Origin: an uncultured Bdellovibrionales bacterium
GTDB lineage: Bacteria > Patescibacteriota > Minisyncoccia > Moranbacterales > UBA1568
NCBI GenBank assembly: GCA_964384235.1
Contig: CAYLJX010000004.1
Location: 81,916-132,302, forward strand
DNA: 50,387 bases
Direction: 5' to 3'
Part shown: piece after piece, positions 26,209 to 36,000 of the stretch
Position numbering within the stretch: position 1 is the first letter of the stretch
How the letters are laid out: the number at the start of each line of letters is the position of its first letter
The notes under the pieces: model-generated
Told to the model about the DNA's origin: nothing
Database searches by the model: none
Seen by the model: only the letters and a program-made list of their open reading frames with translations
Program-made: the position numbers and the translations under genes

Positions 26209-28773
26209 TCACGGCGCCGTGCCGCTCACACAGGGACCGAAACCGCTGAGCACTCGGACACCGTTGACGTTGACGCAGCTGGGAGAGTATGCCGCCTGTA
26301 CTGCCGAGAGGCTGGTGTAGACCACGCCCTGGATGGTCCACGGGAAGGGTGGTGTGGTCGGCACGGGAGTAGGAGTGGGCGTAGGTGTCGGACTGGGAGT
26401 CGTCGTACTGCCGGAGCTACTCGTCCCACATGAGATACCCGTTCCCTGCATCGAAGCGGGTTCCTGAAGATAGAACCGGCATGTGCCGCCGCTGCACGTC
26501 GAGTCGGTGCGCACGTTCAGATAGTACATGCTTCCGGGAATGACTGAACAATAATTTGATCCGACAGTGATCTTGACATTGCTGCTCCCTTGAGGAGCGG
26601 TCACCTTGCATGCCGCAGGAAGCGAAGAGGCAAAGTCGCCGGGTTTCGTTGAGAGCGTCATGGTCACTGCGGAAGGAATACCAGAACCCGTTCCCGCCAT
26701 CAGAGTGAAATTTTGTGCCGTTGATTGAGTTCCTGCAATAAATCGAATCGCCGCTACATGTCCCGTATCCATCGTGAATCCACCCGGGCCGGTACTTGGA
26801 CAATCAAACGAAGGGAATCCTCCGTTCACGCACCCGGGAAACGCCGTGAAGCCCCCTGCTCCGTTCGGTGTGCCGCTCTGGTCCACCACCCAAAGGTTGG
26901 TAGTACCGCTCGGGCGCCAGGTGCCACTCCCAAACCCGGGATCCCCCGCGGCTCCTGCAGAACAGACGCCTGAGCTACTCCCCGATCCGCTCGCGCACAC
27001 CTGCGCTTTGGCGGAGGTACCAGAGAGATTCACTGATTCGATGACAGCCAACCTACACTGCTCCGGAGTCGGGCACGTACCAAGATACTTGATGTTGAGA
27101 TAGTAGAGCGTCCCGGCAGTAAGTTGGCAGCCGGGTTTATTGTACTTGGCCATGGTATCTCCGGTGAAAAGCATTCCACCATAAGGACCATTGGTACTTC
27201 CTGCCGTACAGGCCGGATCCAGCGAGGAGGAAAAATCCCCCGGCTTGGTGGAGAGAGAAAATTTCATGGATGTCGGCAGAAAACCACCCCCCGAACCATC
27301 GCCAATTTGGAAATAGCCCGGGTCGTTGCTTTTGGCAGCATAGCGGATACTCCACGTCTCTCCAGGTGCGGGAGGAAGGAAGCCGGGAAGGTTGCCCCAA
27401 CCGTAGCATGGCCAAGATGGCCCTGAATTTGCCTGATTGACACAGCCAGGAAATGTAGTGAGTCCACCCGCGCCAAGCGGCCCAGACTGATCTACGACAT
27501 AGAGCTTCCCTGCGCCGGAGGGTCTCCACGTCCCCGTCCACAGTCCCGGATCCTTGGCGGGGTCGGCGGCCCCGCTGGGGATGGCGCAGCTGTTGCTGCC
27601 CGTGTTCTCCCCGCTCACCCCGTCGGAACAATTGAAACCACTGGTGCAGCTTTGTCCGGTCGAGCCAGTGGCACTGGAGGAAGCGGGGGTGGTGATGGAG
27701 GCGATGCTCGAGAAGAGAGAGGAGTTGCTTCCTTGGATGCGGTAGGAGTAGCTGGTGCCGGGAGCGAGGTTAGTGTCGGTGTAGCTCGGGGTGGTGCTGG
27801 TACCGATCCTCGTGAAGGAGCTGCAGCTCGTCCCGGTACAACGCTCGATGACGTAACTGGTGGGCGGGGTACCGGAGGGAGGAGTCCAAGAGAGAGTGAC
27901 ACTGCCATTGCTGGCGGTGAGGACGGGTTGGCCGGGGGCGAGGTTGGTCGTGCTGGTGGTGAGGGTGGTGGGGGTGGACCATCCTGAGACGCCGTCTCGG
28001 CTCACGGTGCGGACGCGGTAGGTGTAGCTTTGGTTAGAGGAGAGGAGGGAGTCGAGGTAGCTCGTAAGGAGAGTAGCGCCTAAGGAGGTGAAGGTACTGC
28101 AGCTTGCTCCGGCGCAGCGTTCGATCTCGTAGCCGGTGGCTCCGGGAACAGCAGTCCAGGAGAGGGTGGTGGAATTGGTGGAGGAGGCGGTGCTCGTCGG
28201 GGCACCGGGAGCCGGGAGGGAAGGATTGAGGAGCGGGGTGCCGTTCTCTTCCGCCACGGCGAGGGGTTCGGTGCCCGTAGCTCCGGGAGCGGCCGGGATG
28301 AAGGCGGGGGTCACGACGCTCGGGGTGCCGGTGCTCGCCGAAGAGACGGTGCTGCAGCTGAAGGAGAAGCCTCCGGGAGAGACGGTGAGGCCGGGGATCT
28401 GGGCGGAGAGGACTCTTAGGGTGGTGGTCACGAGGAGGAAGGCGCCGAGCATGAGGGCGAAGCCGATGAGGGAGGCCTTGATACCACCTTTGGCGGTGCC
28501 CATGAGGGAGTCATTGCCCGTGGAGACGATGTAGAGGAGGGCCATGGCTACGATGACCGTGAGAGCCAGCACGGTCATGAGCTTCAGACCGTAGTCGATG
28601 ACGCCGTGGCCCCCGACCACCAGGTGGCAGAGGGTGCAGGGAGCCATTTCCTCGGGCGTGCCGGTCTGGCGGCCGCAGGGGACGAGGGCGGCGTGGGTGG
28701 GGGTGGGAAGGAGGGAGAGGGTGAGGGAGAAGAGGAAAATGAAGAGGGAGACTCCACGTAAAAATCGTCGCAT
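26209..28773 (-). CDS. VirB2/TrbC-like (T4SS-type) pilin domain fused to two Fn3 repeats and a duplicated Cys-rich extracellular domain
   Basis: Signal MRRFLRGVSLFIFLFSLTLSLLPTPTHA, 'LVPCG..CTLCHL', two TM helices around STGNDSLMGTAKGGIKASLIG. Then two 'SWT..GYEIERC..Y.YRV'-type Fn3 units, two ~170-aa repeats (GTWRPSG..VVDQSG..FPGCVN..STKPGDF.SSL..YYLN) and a (TP)n linker. Confidence 0.75.
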   Translation of the reverse strand: MRRFLRGVSLFIFLFSLTLSLLPTPTHAALVPCGRQTGTPEEMAPCTLCHLVVGGHGVIDYGLKLMTVLALTVIVAMALLYIVSTGNDSLMGTAKGGIKASLIGFALMLGAFLLVTTTLRVLSAQIPGLTVSPGGFSFSCSTVSSASTGTPSVVTPAFIPAAPGATGTEPLAVAEENGTPLLNPSLPAPGAPTSTASSTNSTTLSWTAVPGATGYEIERCAGASCSTFTSLGATLLTSYLDSLLSSNQSYTYRVRTVSRDGVSGWSTPTTLTTSTTNLAPGQPVLTASNGSVTLSWTPPSGTPPTSYVIERCTGTSCSSFTRIGTSTTPSYTDTNLAPGTSYSYRIQGSNSSLFSSIASITTPASSSATGSTGQSCTSGFNCSDGVSGENTGSNSCAIPSGAADPAKDPGLWTGTWRPSGAGKLYVVDQSGPLGAGGLTTFPGCVNQANSGPSWPCYGWGNLPGFLPPAPGETWSIRYAAKSNDPGYFQIGDGSGGGFLPTSMKFSLSTKPGDFSSSLDPACTAGSTNGPYGGMLFTGDTMAKYNKPGCQLTAGTLYYLNIKYLGTCPTPEQCRLAVIESVNLSGTSAKAQVCASGSGSSSGVCSAGAAGDPGFGSGTWRPSGTTNLWVVDQSGTPNGAGGFTAFPGCVNGGFPSFDCPSTGPGGFTMDTGHVAAIRFIAGTQSTAQNFTLMAGTGSGIPSAVTMTLSTKPGDFASSLPAACKVTAPQGSSNVKITVGSNYCSVIPGSMYYLNVRTDSTCSGGTCRFYLQEPASMQGTGISCGTSSSGSTTTPSPTPTPTPTPVPTTPPFPWTIQGVVYTSLSAVQAAYSPSCVNVNGVRVLSGFGPCVSGTAP

Positions 28774-28850
28774 AGAGGGTTCTGTGTTTGCCTCTATGGT
28801 AGCATGAAACGGAAAAAATACTATTCCCCTTCTTTCAGAGAACCCACACA

Positions 28851-29900
28851 CTATATCTTGAACACGATGACGTCACCGTCCTGGACGACATAGTCTTTCC
28901 CCTCGAGGCGAAGCGTCCCGAGATCGCGGGCCGCGTTCCACGAGCCAGCTTCGACGAGACTGGTCCAGTGGATGATTTCCGCCCGGATGAATTTTTCCTC
29001 GAAGTCCCCATGAATGGCGGCACCGGCCTGCGGTGCGGTCGATCCCTGCTTCACCGTCCAGGCCCGCGTCTCCTGCTCGCCGGTCGTGAAGTACGTCATG
29101 AGTCCCAGGAGCGCATAGGCTTTTTTGATGAGATCACTCAAGTGTGAAGTCATACCGAGCTCGGCCGCATCCTCCGGTGACATTTCCATGAGCTCCTCTT
29201 CGATCTTGATATCGAGCTTCACGTGAGGACGTTCCTCGAGTTCAGGAGCGAGCGCTCTCTCGATATCCGAGACATTGTAGACGTAGAGGAAGGGCTTGGC
29301 CGTGAGGAGCTGCAGTTCGCGCGCGATCTTTTTCTCTTCTTGGGACAGTGTTTCGATGAGAGCGTGTGCCAGACGGCCGGCCTCAAGTTCCGTTTCCAGT
29401 TTTTCGAGCACCGCCATTTCGGCAAGCGCTTCTTTCTTACCGGCCCGGGCTTCTTTCACAGTTTTCAGTTTCCTCTTGGCGAGCGTCTCGAGATCGGCCA
29501 GGATGAGCTCGGTATTGATGATCTCGATGTCTTCCTTGGGTTCGACGCGGTTATGAACATGGATGATGTCGGGATTCTCAAAGGCGCGCACGACTTCCAC
29601 GATGGCATCCACCTCGCGGATATTGGCAAGAAACTTGTTGCCCAGCCCCTCACCCTCGCTCGCCCCCTTGACCAGTCCGGCGATATCGACGAATTCCACC
29701 ACAGCCGGGATGAGCCTCTTGCTCCCGGAAAGGTCCGAGAGCTTGGCTAGACGCTCGTCCGGCACCTCGACGATGCCGATATTGGGTTCGATGGTGCAGA
29801 AGGGGTAGTTGTTGATATCGACCGCCTTGCGTGTTAACGCCTTGAAGAGCGTCGACTTCCCGACGTTCGGCAGCCCAACGATTCCGACTTTGAGGGACAT
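28851..29900 (-). CDS. ychF: Ribosome-binding ATPase YchF
   Basis: [19 protein letters not shown]1 motif, coiled-coil insert, C-terminal TGS-like domain ([12 protein letters not shown]..). Confidence 0.92.
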   Translation of the reverse strand: MSLKVGIVGLPNVGKSTLFKALTRKAVDINNYPFCTIEPNIGIVEVPDERLAKLSDLSGSKRLIPAVVEFVDIAGLVKGASEGEGLGNKFLANIREVDAIVEVVRAFENPDIIHVHNRVEPKEDIEIINTELILADLETLAKRKLKTVKEARAGKKEALAEMAVLEKLETELEAGRLAHALIETLSQEEKKIARELQLLTAKPFLYVYNVSDIERALAPELEERPHVKLDIKIEEELMEMSPEDAAELGMTSHLSDLIKKAYALLGLMTYFTTGEQETRAWTVKQGSTAPQAGAAIHGDFEEKFIRAEIIHWTSLVEAGSWNAARDLGTLRLEGKDYVVQDGDVIVFKI

Positions 29901-30001
29901 AGTTTAAGACAGCTTTTAGCTTCTAGCTTTCAGCTTCGTTAGCTTTAAAAATCCAATACGAAACAGTGCCCTATTCTTACAGAAAAAAATGCTTCGGTCA
30001 A

Positions 30002-30040
30002 CAAAAAAAGAGACCAGTGAGGCATTACTACCTGATCTCT
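30002..30040 (-). terminator. Rho-independent terminator after the 154-aa hypothetical gene
   Basis: Minus strand AGAGATCAGG..CTGGTCTCTTTTTTTG. Confidence 0.65.
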
Positions 30041-30061
30041 TCTTCGTACCGCTCGCGCCCA

Positions 30062-30526
30062 TCAGCGTGAAACAGCCGGGCGAACGGCCGGAAAAAACAC
30101 GTCATGCAACGCCGGGTGACCCACCACTGCCGTTGCCACTCCCGTCAAGGAAACCCGCTCGGTGTCCACCCGATCCACCCACTCGACCGAGACACGTCCA
30201 TGCCCCTGAGTCGAAAGGAATTCCCTGGAAACCGGGCGATGGATCACGATGATCTTCTTTTGGGACGCCTGGTCATCGAAAAAGACCCACTTCTGGCGAT
30301 CCCCGGGATCGAATGTTTTCGCGAACTGATCGCTGCATAACTGGTCAAAGGCATTCGCATGCGCCTGACCAGGAAGCAATTCGATCCAAGGAAACTCCCA
30401 GAGAATCTCTTTCCCTTTCTCTTTCTTTCTTCCCTTCTCTTCCATCCTTCGCAGCAAGATCCTATTCCAACCGTATCCTGGCTTCGGATACGAGAAAACC
30501 ACGCACAACACTCTTTGTCCCATCAC
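30062..30526 (-). CDS. Hypothetical protein, possibly a degenerate Nudix fold
   Basis: SD-like AAGGGGGA before GTG/ATG. 'ILLRR..(K-rich insert)..ILWEFPWIELLPGQAHANAFDQLCSDQF' resembles the position and spacing of a Nudix box, but the catalytic Glu residues are replaced. Confidence 0.45.
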   Translation of the reverse strand: MMGQRVLCVVFSYPKPGYGWNRILLRRMEEKGRKKEKGKEILWEFPWIELLPGQAHANAFDQLCSDQFAKTFDPGDRQKWVFFDDQASQKKIIVIHRPVSREFLSTQGHGRVSVEWVDRVDTERVSLTGVATAVVGHPALHDVFFPAVRPAVSR

Positions 30527-30602
30527 TTCCCCCTTTCCGAAGCCATTGATTTAAAGGACCGTCCACACGGTAACCCCCGGATTTTCCTCCAAAAAGAACG
30601 CT

Positions 30603-30630
30603 TTGTCAACGTGGTGCTTCGCGCTATACT
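30603..30630 (+). promoter_or_regulatory. Sigma-70-type promoter for the phosphomannomutase gene
   Basis: TTGTCA, 16-nt spacer, TATACT; about 30 nt before the ATG. Confidence 0.5.
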
Positions 30631-30659
30631 TAGGGAAAGCTTATCCTTAATCCTCCCCT

Positions 30660-31994
30660 ATGAAACCGGAGATCTTCAAAGCTTACGACGTCCGCGGCGT
30701 GTACCCGGAAGAGATAAACGAGGCAGACGCCTACAACATCGGGCGTGCCATCGTTCTTCATCTCGAGCCCAAGCGTCTCGGTGTCGGCCGCGATATCCGA
30801 ACCTCTAGCCCAAGTCTCTTCGAGAGCTTTACCCGAGGCGTCATGGACCAGGGGTGCGACGTGATCGACCTCGGGGTCATCACTACCCCCATGGTCTACT
30901 TCGCCGCCGGTCGCCTGGATATCGACGCCGCCGTCTCCATCACCGCCTCGCACAATCCCCCCCAGTACAACGGCATGAAAGTAGCCCTCCGCGGTGCCAT
31001 CCCGGTCGGCGAGAACTCCGGCCTCCGCGAGATCCGCGACCTCGCCCTCCGAGGCGAATTTCCGGAAACCGTCACCCGAGGCTCCATGACGAGCGAGGAT
31101 ATCAAGCCGGCCTACTACGGCTACTTCTCTTCCTTCGCCGATTTCAATGACAAGAAGTTCAAGGTCGTCATCGACACGGCGAATGCCATGGGTGTCCTCG
31201 AACTCCCTATCTACGAGCAGTTCGCGGACAATCTCCAGATCATCAACCTCTACAACGACCTCGACCGTGCCTTCGACTGTCACGAGGCCAACCCGCTCAA
31301 ACTCGAAACCCTCGACGAGCTCCGTGAGAAAGTCAAAGAGACCGACGCCGCCCTCGGCATCGCCTACGACGGGGACGCCGACCGCATCGGCTTCGTCGAC
31401 GAACGAGGCGAGATCATCCCGATGGACCTCACCACCGCCCTTCTCGCCAAGATCATTCTCCAGAAACGTCCTGGTGCGACCATCCTCTACGACCTGCGCT
31501 CCTCCAAGGCCGTCAAGGAAGTGATCGAGGAAAACGGCGGCATTGCCAAAGAGTGCCGCGTCGGCCATGCCTTCATCAAACGGCAGATGCGAGAAGACGG
31601 CGCCATCTTCGCCGGTGAATTCTCCGGCCACTACTACTTCGAGGAAAACTCCTTCGCTGAGGCCGGCACGCTCCCCGCGCTCCTCCTTCTCAACCTCATG
31701 GCCGAAACGGGACAATCGATCTCCGAACTCGTCGCCGACACGAGGCGCTACTTCCACTCCGGTGAGATCAACTCCGAAGTCCACGACAAAGATGCCATCC
31801 TTGCCAAGCTCAAGGAGACGTACGCCGACGGCACAAGCCACGAGCTCGACGGTCTCAAGGTCGAGTACCCGGACTGGTGGTTCAACGTCCGCCCGTCCAA
31901 CACCGAACCACTCCTTCGTCTCAACCTCGAAGCCGACACGCAGGAGAAGATGGAAGCGAAACGCGACGAACTCCTGGCAATTATCCGAGGGTAA
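30660..31994 (+). CDS. Phosphomannomutase/phosphoglucomutase
   Basis: Phosphoserine loop SITASHNPPQYNGMK, Mg loop GIAYDGDADRIGF, sugar loop GEFSGHYYF. Confidence 0.9.
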   Translation: MKPEIFKAYDVRGVYPEEINEADAYNIGRAIVLHLEPKRLGVGRDIRTSSPSLFESFTRGVMDQGCDVIDLGVITTPMVYFAAGRLDIDAAVSITASHNPPQYNGMKVALRGAIPVGENSGLREIRDLALRGEFPETVTRGSMTSEDIKPAYYGYFSSFADFNDKKFKVVIDTANAMGVLELPIYEQFADNLQIINLYNDLDRAFDCHEANPLKLETLDELREKVKETDAALGIAYDGDADRIGFVDERGEIIPMDLTTALLAKIILQKRPGATILYDLRSSKAVKEVIEENGGIAKECRVGHAFIKRQMREDGAIFAGEFSGHYYFEENSFAEAGTLPALLLLNLMAETGQSISELVADTRRYFHSGEINSEVHDKDAILAKLKETYADGTSHELDGLKVEYPDWWFNVRPSNTEPLLRLNLEADTQEKMEAKRDELLAIIRG

Positions 31995-32082
31995 GGACCT
32001 GTTGACGTATTCCTGCGGCGAGGTATATACTGTCCTCAATGCTTACCCGAACACCCTACAACAAGGACGTGTACACAGCGTG

Positions 32083-32110
32083 AAAGCCGCCCCTTGGGCG
32101 GCTTTTTCTT
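32083..32110 (+). terminator. Rho-independent terminator
   Basis: AAAGCCGCCC-CTT-GGGCGGCTTTTTCTTT. Confidence 0.8.
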
Positions 32111-32159
32111 TGCCAAAAGCAGCAAATCAGCAGTCCCTTGAAAACAAGCGAGGTGCATC

Positions 32160-32429
32160 ATGAACCAGAAGATTATCCCTATCTGTCCGATCGCGAACAA
32201 AGAACGTTACCCTCAACTGAGCGAAGAAGACCGTCTCTGCGAATACCCGGAAACCAACGAATTCTTCACCGCAAACAAACATGACGGTGAACTGTGTCAC
32301 CAGGGAGGGGTATGCGTTGTTTGCAGACTCTATCCCGATCTAGCCGAACAAGAATACCGGGCACACAATCCGATCGAAGAAAAAGGATCTCGCTTCGTCT
32401 GGTTCAAGCCATCGTGCATTACTGGCTGA
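32160..32429 (+). CDS. Small Cys-rich hypothetical protein (89 aa)
   Basis: GAGGTG SD 6 nt before the ATG. Six Cys, including CHQGGVCVVC. No known motif. Confidence 0.55.
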   Translation: MNQKIIPICPIANKERYPQLSEEDRLCEYPETNEFFTANKHDGELCHQGGVCVVCRLYPDLAEQEYRAHNPIEEKGSRFVWFKPSCITG

Positions 32430-32461
32430 TTCTCCGATCATACATGCATCGCAGGAAAACG

Positions 32462-32496
32462 AAACGGGCCGCATCATAACCGATGCTGCCCGTTTT
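32462..32496. terminator. Bidirectional terminator between convergent genes
   Basis: aaacgggc..gcatc-ataacc-gatgc..gcccgtttt. Confidence 0.7.
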
Positions 32497-32518
32497 ATCA
32501 TTGTCTTTTGAATTCCTC

Positions 32519-33037
32519 CTACCTGTTCCAGGGCATTTTCACAAGAAGCTTCTCCATGAGACAGTTTCCTGTCGATCCGCCGTAGATCAGTCCGCAGCCG
32601 ACGCCGAAAGACAGAAGGAGAAAAGTCGGATGGACGAAGTACGCGAGCGCGATGCCGACGAGCACGAGCGCCCCGGCAACGATCATCACCTGTCGGAAGA
32701 GCGGGATGGCTACATTACTGCTCTTCGTCACGTCGTAGCCGCAGGCCTTCCAGCTCATGAGCCCGCCCTGCACGTTGACAATATTGGTGAGTCCGAGATT
32801 TTCGAGAAGCTCGCATGCCATACCGCTGCGCCTTCCGCTCTGGCACTGGAGATACACGGCATCGTATTTTTTGAGCTCCTCCGCACGCTCATCGAGCTGT
32901 TCGAGCGGAATATTGATGACATTGGGGATGCACTCCGTCTTGTGCTCCGCCGCCGTCCGCACGTCGACGACGGCGAATTTCTCCTTGTCCGAAGACTTGA
33001 GCACTTGGCTCAGTTCCTGTGCCGATATCTCCTTCAT
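32519..33037 (-). CDS. Rhodanese-domain protein with a C-terminal membrane domain (YgaP-like)
   Basis: Rhodanese active-site loop CQSGRRS, followed by two hydrophobic helices and a DUF2892-like GxCxxxxLL tail. Confidence 0.8.
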   Translation of the reverse strand: MKEISAQELSQVLKSSDKEKFAVVDVRTAAEHKTECIPNVINIPLEQLDERAEELKKYDAVYLQCQSGRRSGMACELLENLGLTNIVNVQGGLMSWKACGYDVTKSSNVAIPLFRQVMIVAGALVLVGIALAYFVHPTFLLLSFGVGCGLIYGGSTGNCLMEKLLVKMPWNR

Positions 33038-33058
33038 AACGATCGCCGAGGTACGGGA

Positions 33059-36000
33059 TTACAGAGGCGACACCTCTCTCCAATTGAAGTCGCAGGACCG
33101 GGTACCATTGGTACAGGTTATCGTACCACTGCAGTTGTTGCTGGTCGTGAAGGTCTCGTCCGGGCAATACTGGTCGGTCACGGATGACGGGAGTGTCCCA
33201 CAGGTATAGGCCAGACAGCCGATCACATCGACGGTCACCGATCCGGCACTCGCTCCGTTGTCAGTGACGGAAATCGTCGCTGAACCGGCAGTTACCGCAC
33301 TGACCCGACCTTTCGAAGTGGTGTTTTCCACCGCCACAACACCCGAGTTGCTGCTTCCCCACGACGTAGTGAGTGCCGTCGTGATATCTGTCGCCGATAC
33401 CGATGGGTTCGCACAGTCCACCGAATTGCCATCCGTCCGCTTCCACAGTCGCAACTGTCCCGTCGTAGTAGTTGTCAGATTAAGCGTCATACCGTTCGGG
33501 CAGATGCCGTAGGTGGGTGCCGGAGGAGGTGGAGGGACAACCACCCCATTCACCGTGATCGGCGCCGACGCCACAATACCCCTCGTGATATTCGGCGCCA
33601 CCGAGACTGTCGCTGTTCCACTATTGACAGCTGTCACGACCCCCTTATGGTTATAAGGCGACGGAAGTGTGGTAGTGGAATTAGTCACCGTCGCGACCGG
33701 CCCAGGAACAGTTCCCGGAACAATCGACCACGATGTATTCAACGTGTCTGTCAGGTCACTCGCGCCAGGAGTACTCGGGTTGGTACAGTCGATCACTGCA
33801 CCATCATATCGGTTCCAATACCTCAGCTGAAACGGCGAATCACCCACATTCATCGTCCTACTCGCCGGACAGATCGCATCGGAGTAAACATACACCGTCA
33901 CTGATTTCCTCGCCGCAAGCGTGCCTGAGTTGTTCCGACAATCGAGATCGAAACGCGTCATCTCCGTGATCGTGACCGTCGTTGTCCCCGTGACTGGTTT
34001 TGCGCCGTTCCAGCCCGCAACCGGCGGTGAAGCGCTCGCCGTGCAGCTGCCACCCCCCGCAAACCCCAAGGGCAAAGGATCGTTCCAGTTGAGCGTGACG
34101 TTTCCACCACCCATAGGAAGCCAGAGATTCGAGACATTTGTCTGGGCAGGCGGACCTGCATACGAACCGGTAAAGGTCGTCACCGGAGCAGGGGGAGCGG
34201 ATTCACACGCACCACAGCTTGCATTTGTTCCTCCGCCGGAACCGAGACAAGTCCAGTTTTTTCCATTAACCCACCTTCCTTCCGGTGGATACCAGAATGC
34301 GGCACCACTCGATGCGCTCGACGTACCGGCAGAGCACGATCCGGGAGTCGGGGCATTCTGTCCATTCGGATAGAAATTCGTGGGACATTCACTTCCCGTT
34401 GGTTGCATTCCGGGACCACAGATGCCATTTACCACTCCGACCGGTGGGGCCGGATCGACACACCTCGAGAGAGCGGCGTCCCACGTTCGCGGCGCTGTAC
34501 AGGCGCAATAGCCGAGACAGGTATTGGTCACGACGTCATACCCTCTGGCCTGACACCAGGCATTGGTATAGGGCTGCGGGGCCGTATACGGTCCCACACC
34601 GTTGACACATACCGGCACCGGAGGCACCGAATCGGTGAATGTCAGACTTAAGACCGGACTCAGGGTTCCGGTAAACATGATACTGTTCGTACCAGTCGCC
34701 CACACCGTGGCCGCATTGGTCGAAAAAACATCCCCTCCTCCTGAAACTGTCCCGCCGGTCACTATGAGAGATCCGTTAAGGACCCCCCTGCCATAGAAAT
34801 CAAGCCTGTTTCCGTTCCCGACAATCCTGAAACTACCATAGCCTCCGCCGGATCCTGTTTCAGACTGCACCGTGACCGAACCGGTAATACTGATAGATCC
34901 GGAAATGTTGATTGCTCCCCAGTAAATACCGGAAGGATACCCATAAAAACTGATATTACTTCCATTCCCGACGACTCGGAAACGTTCCGGACAAACAGCA
35001 CCCGAACCATCACAAGCAGCCGGAGCCGTATAATCACCCCCCCACCACACCCGCCCGGTAAACGTCGAGGCATCAGCTGGCTCAGCCAAGGCAAAACTTC
35101 CTGCCAGGACAAAGAACGCGATCATAAGCGCCGACCGCTTCGGAAAGGATTCCTTTCTCATCCTCACGACCAGATAGCCCGCGAGGACAAGGAGAAGCGC
35201 GAGGCCGCCAAGAAGAAGCGCGAGCGGCTTGCCCATCCATTTCTCGGACGCGGGTCGCTCCCCACTCGTGACAGCAAGCATCGATTGATCCAGTGCCATC
35301 CCTTCTCCTCCCGAGAGCGTCACCTTGACCTGCGGGTCGACACAGGGCTTCTCGATCGGGACCTGGATCGCTTCCACTCCTCCGACGAACGACTGTCGCA
35401 ACGTCGGGGCGCACGACGACCCCTTGCCATCCTGCATATCGACAGCGACCATCGGACGCTTGGTAGAACTGCTCGCGATCGCCACGGCATAGACCGTCAC
35501 GCCGGCCTTCTCGCCAGCGACGTAGGAATCCTTGTCCAGTTCGATCCGGTCGATATGACCGCTCTCACCGGCGACCCGGATCATGAAGTCCGTCATCGAG
35601 GAAAGCTTGACGGAATCCTTGCCGAGATAGGCATGCCCCTCATAATTTCCCGGCTTCTCGAGCGGTGGGAAAGAGAGCGTGACCGGGACTTCTTTTTTCG
35701 GCGGGAGCACAGCATCCGTGCTGGAGACGATCATGTCCCCGGACGCTCCCCAGAGGGAAACATCCCCCGAAAGAAACATCGTTTGCTCCTTGTCGGCCGT
35801 ATTCCGGAGCATACAGGTGAGCACCACCGGCACCCCCGAGGCGACCACTATACTGTTTCCTTCCTCCTGATCCATCAGTCGGCAACCCTTCATCGTGACC
35901 GGTACGGGATTCGCCTTGAACGACGTTGTCCCGACGAGCGCGCCCGAGAGAGGGAATCCAGCCGCCGTCTTGGTCGTCAGGTAGATGTCTTGTTCCTTGT

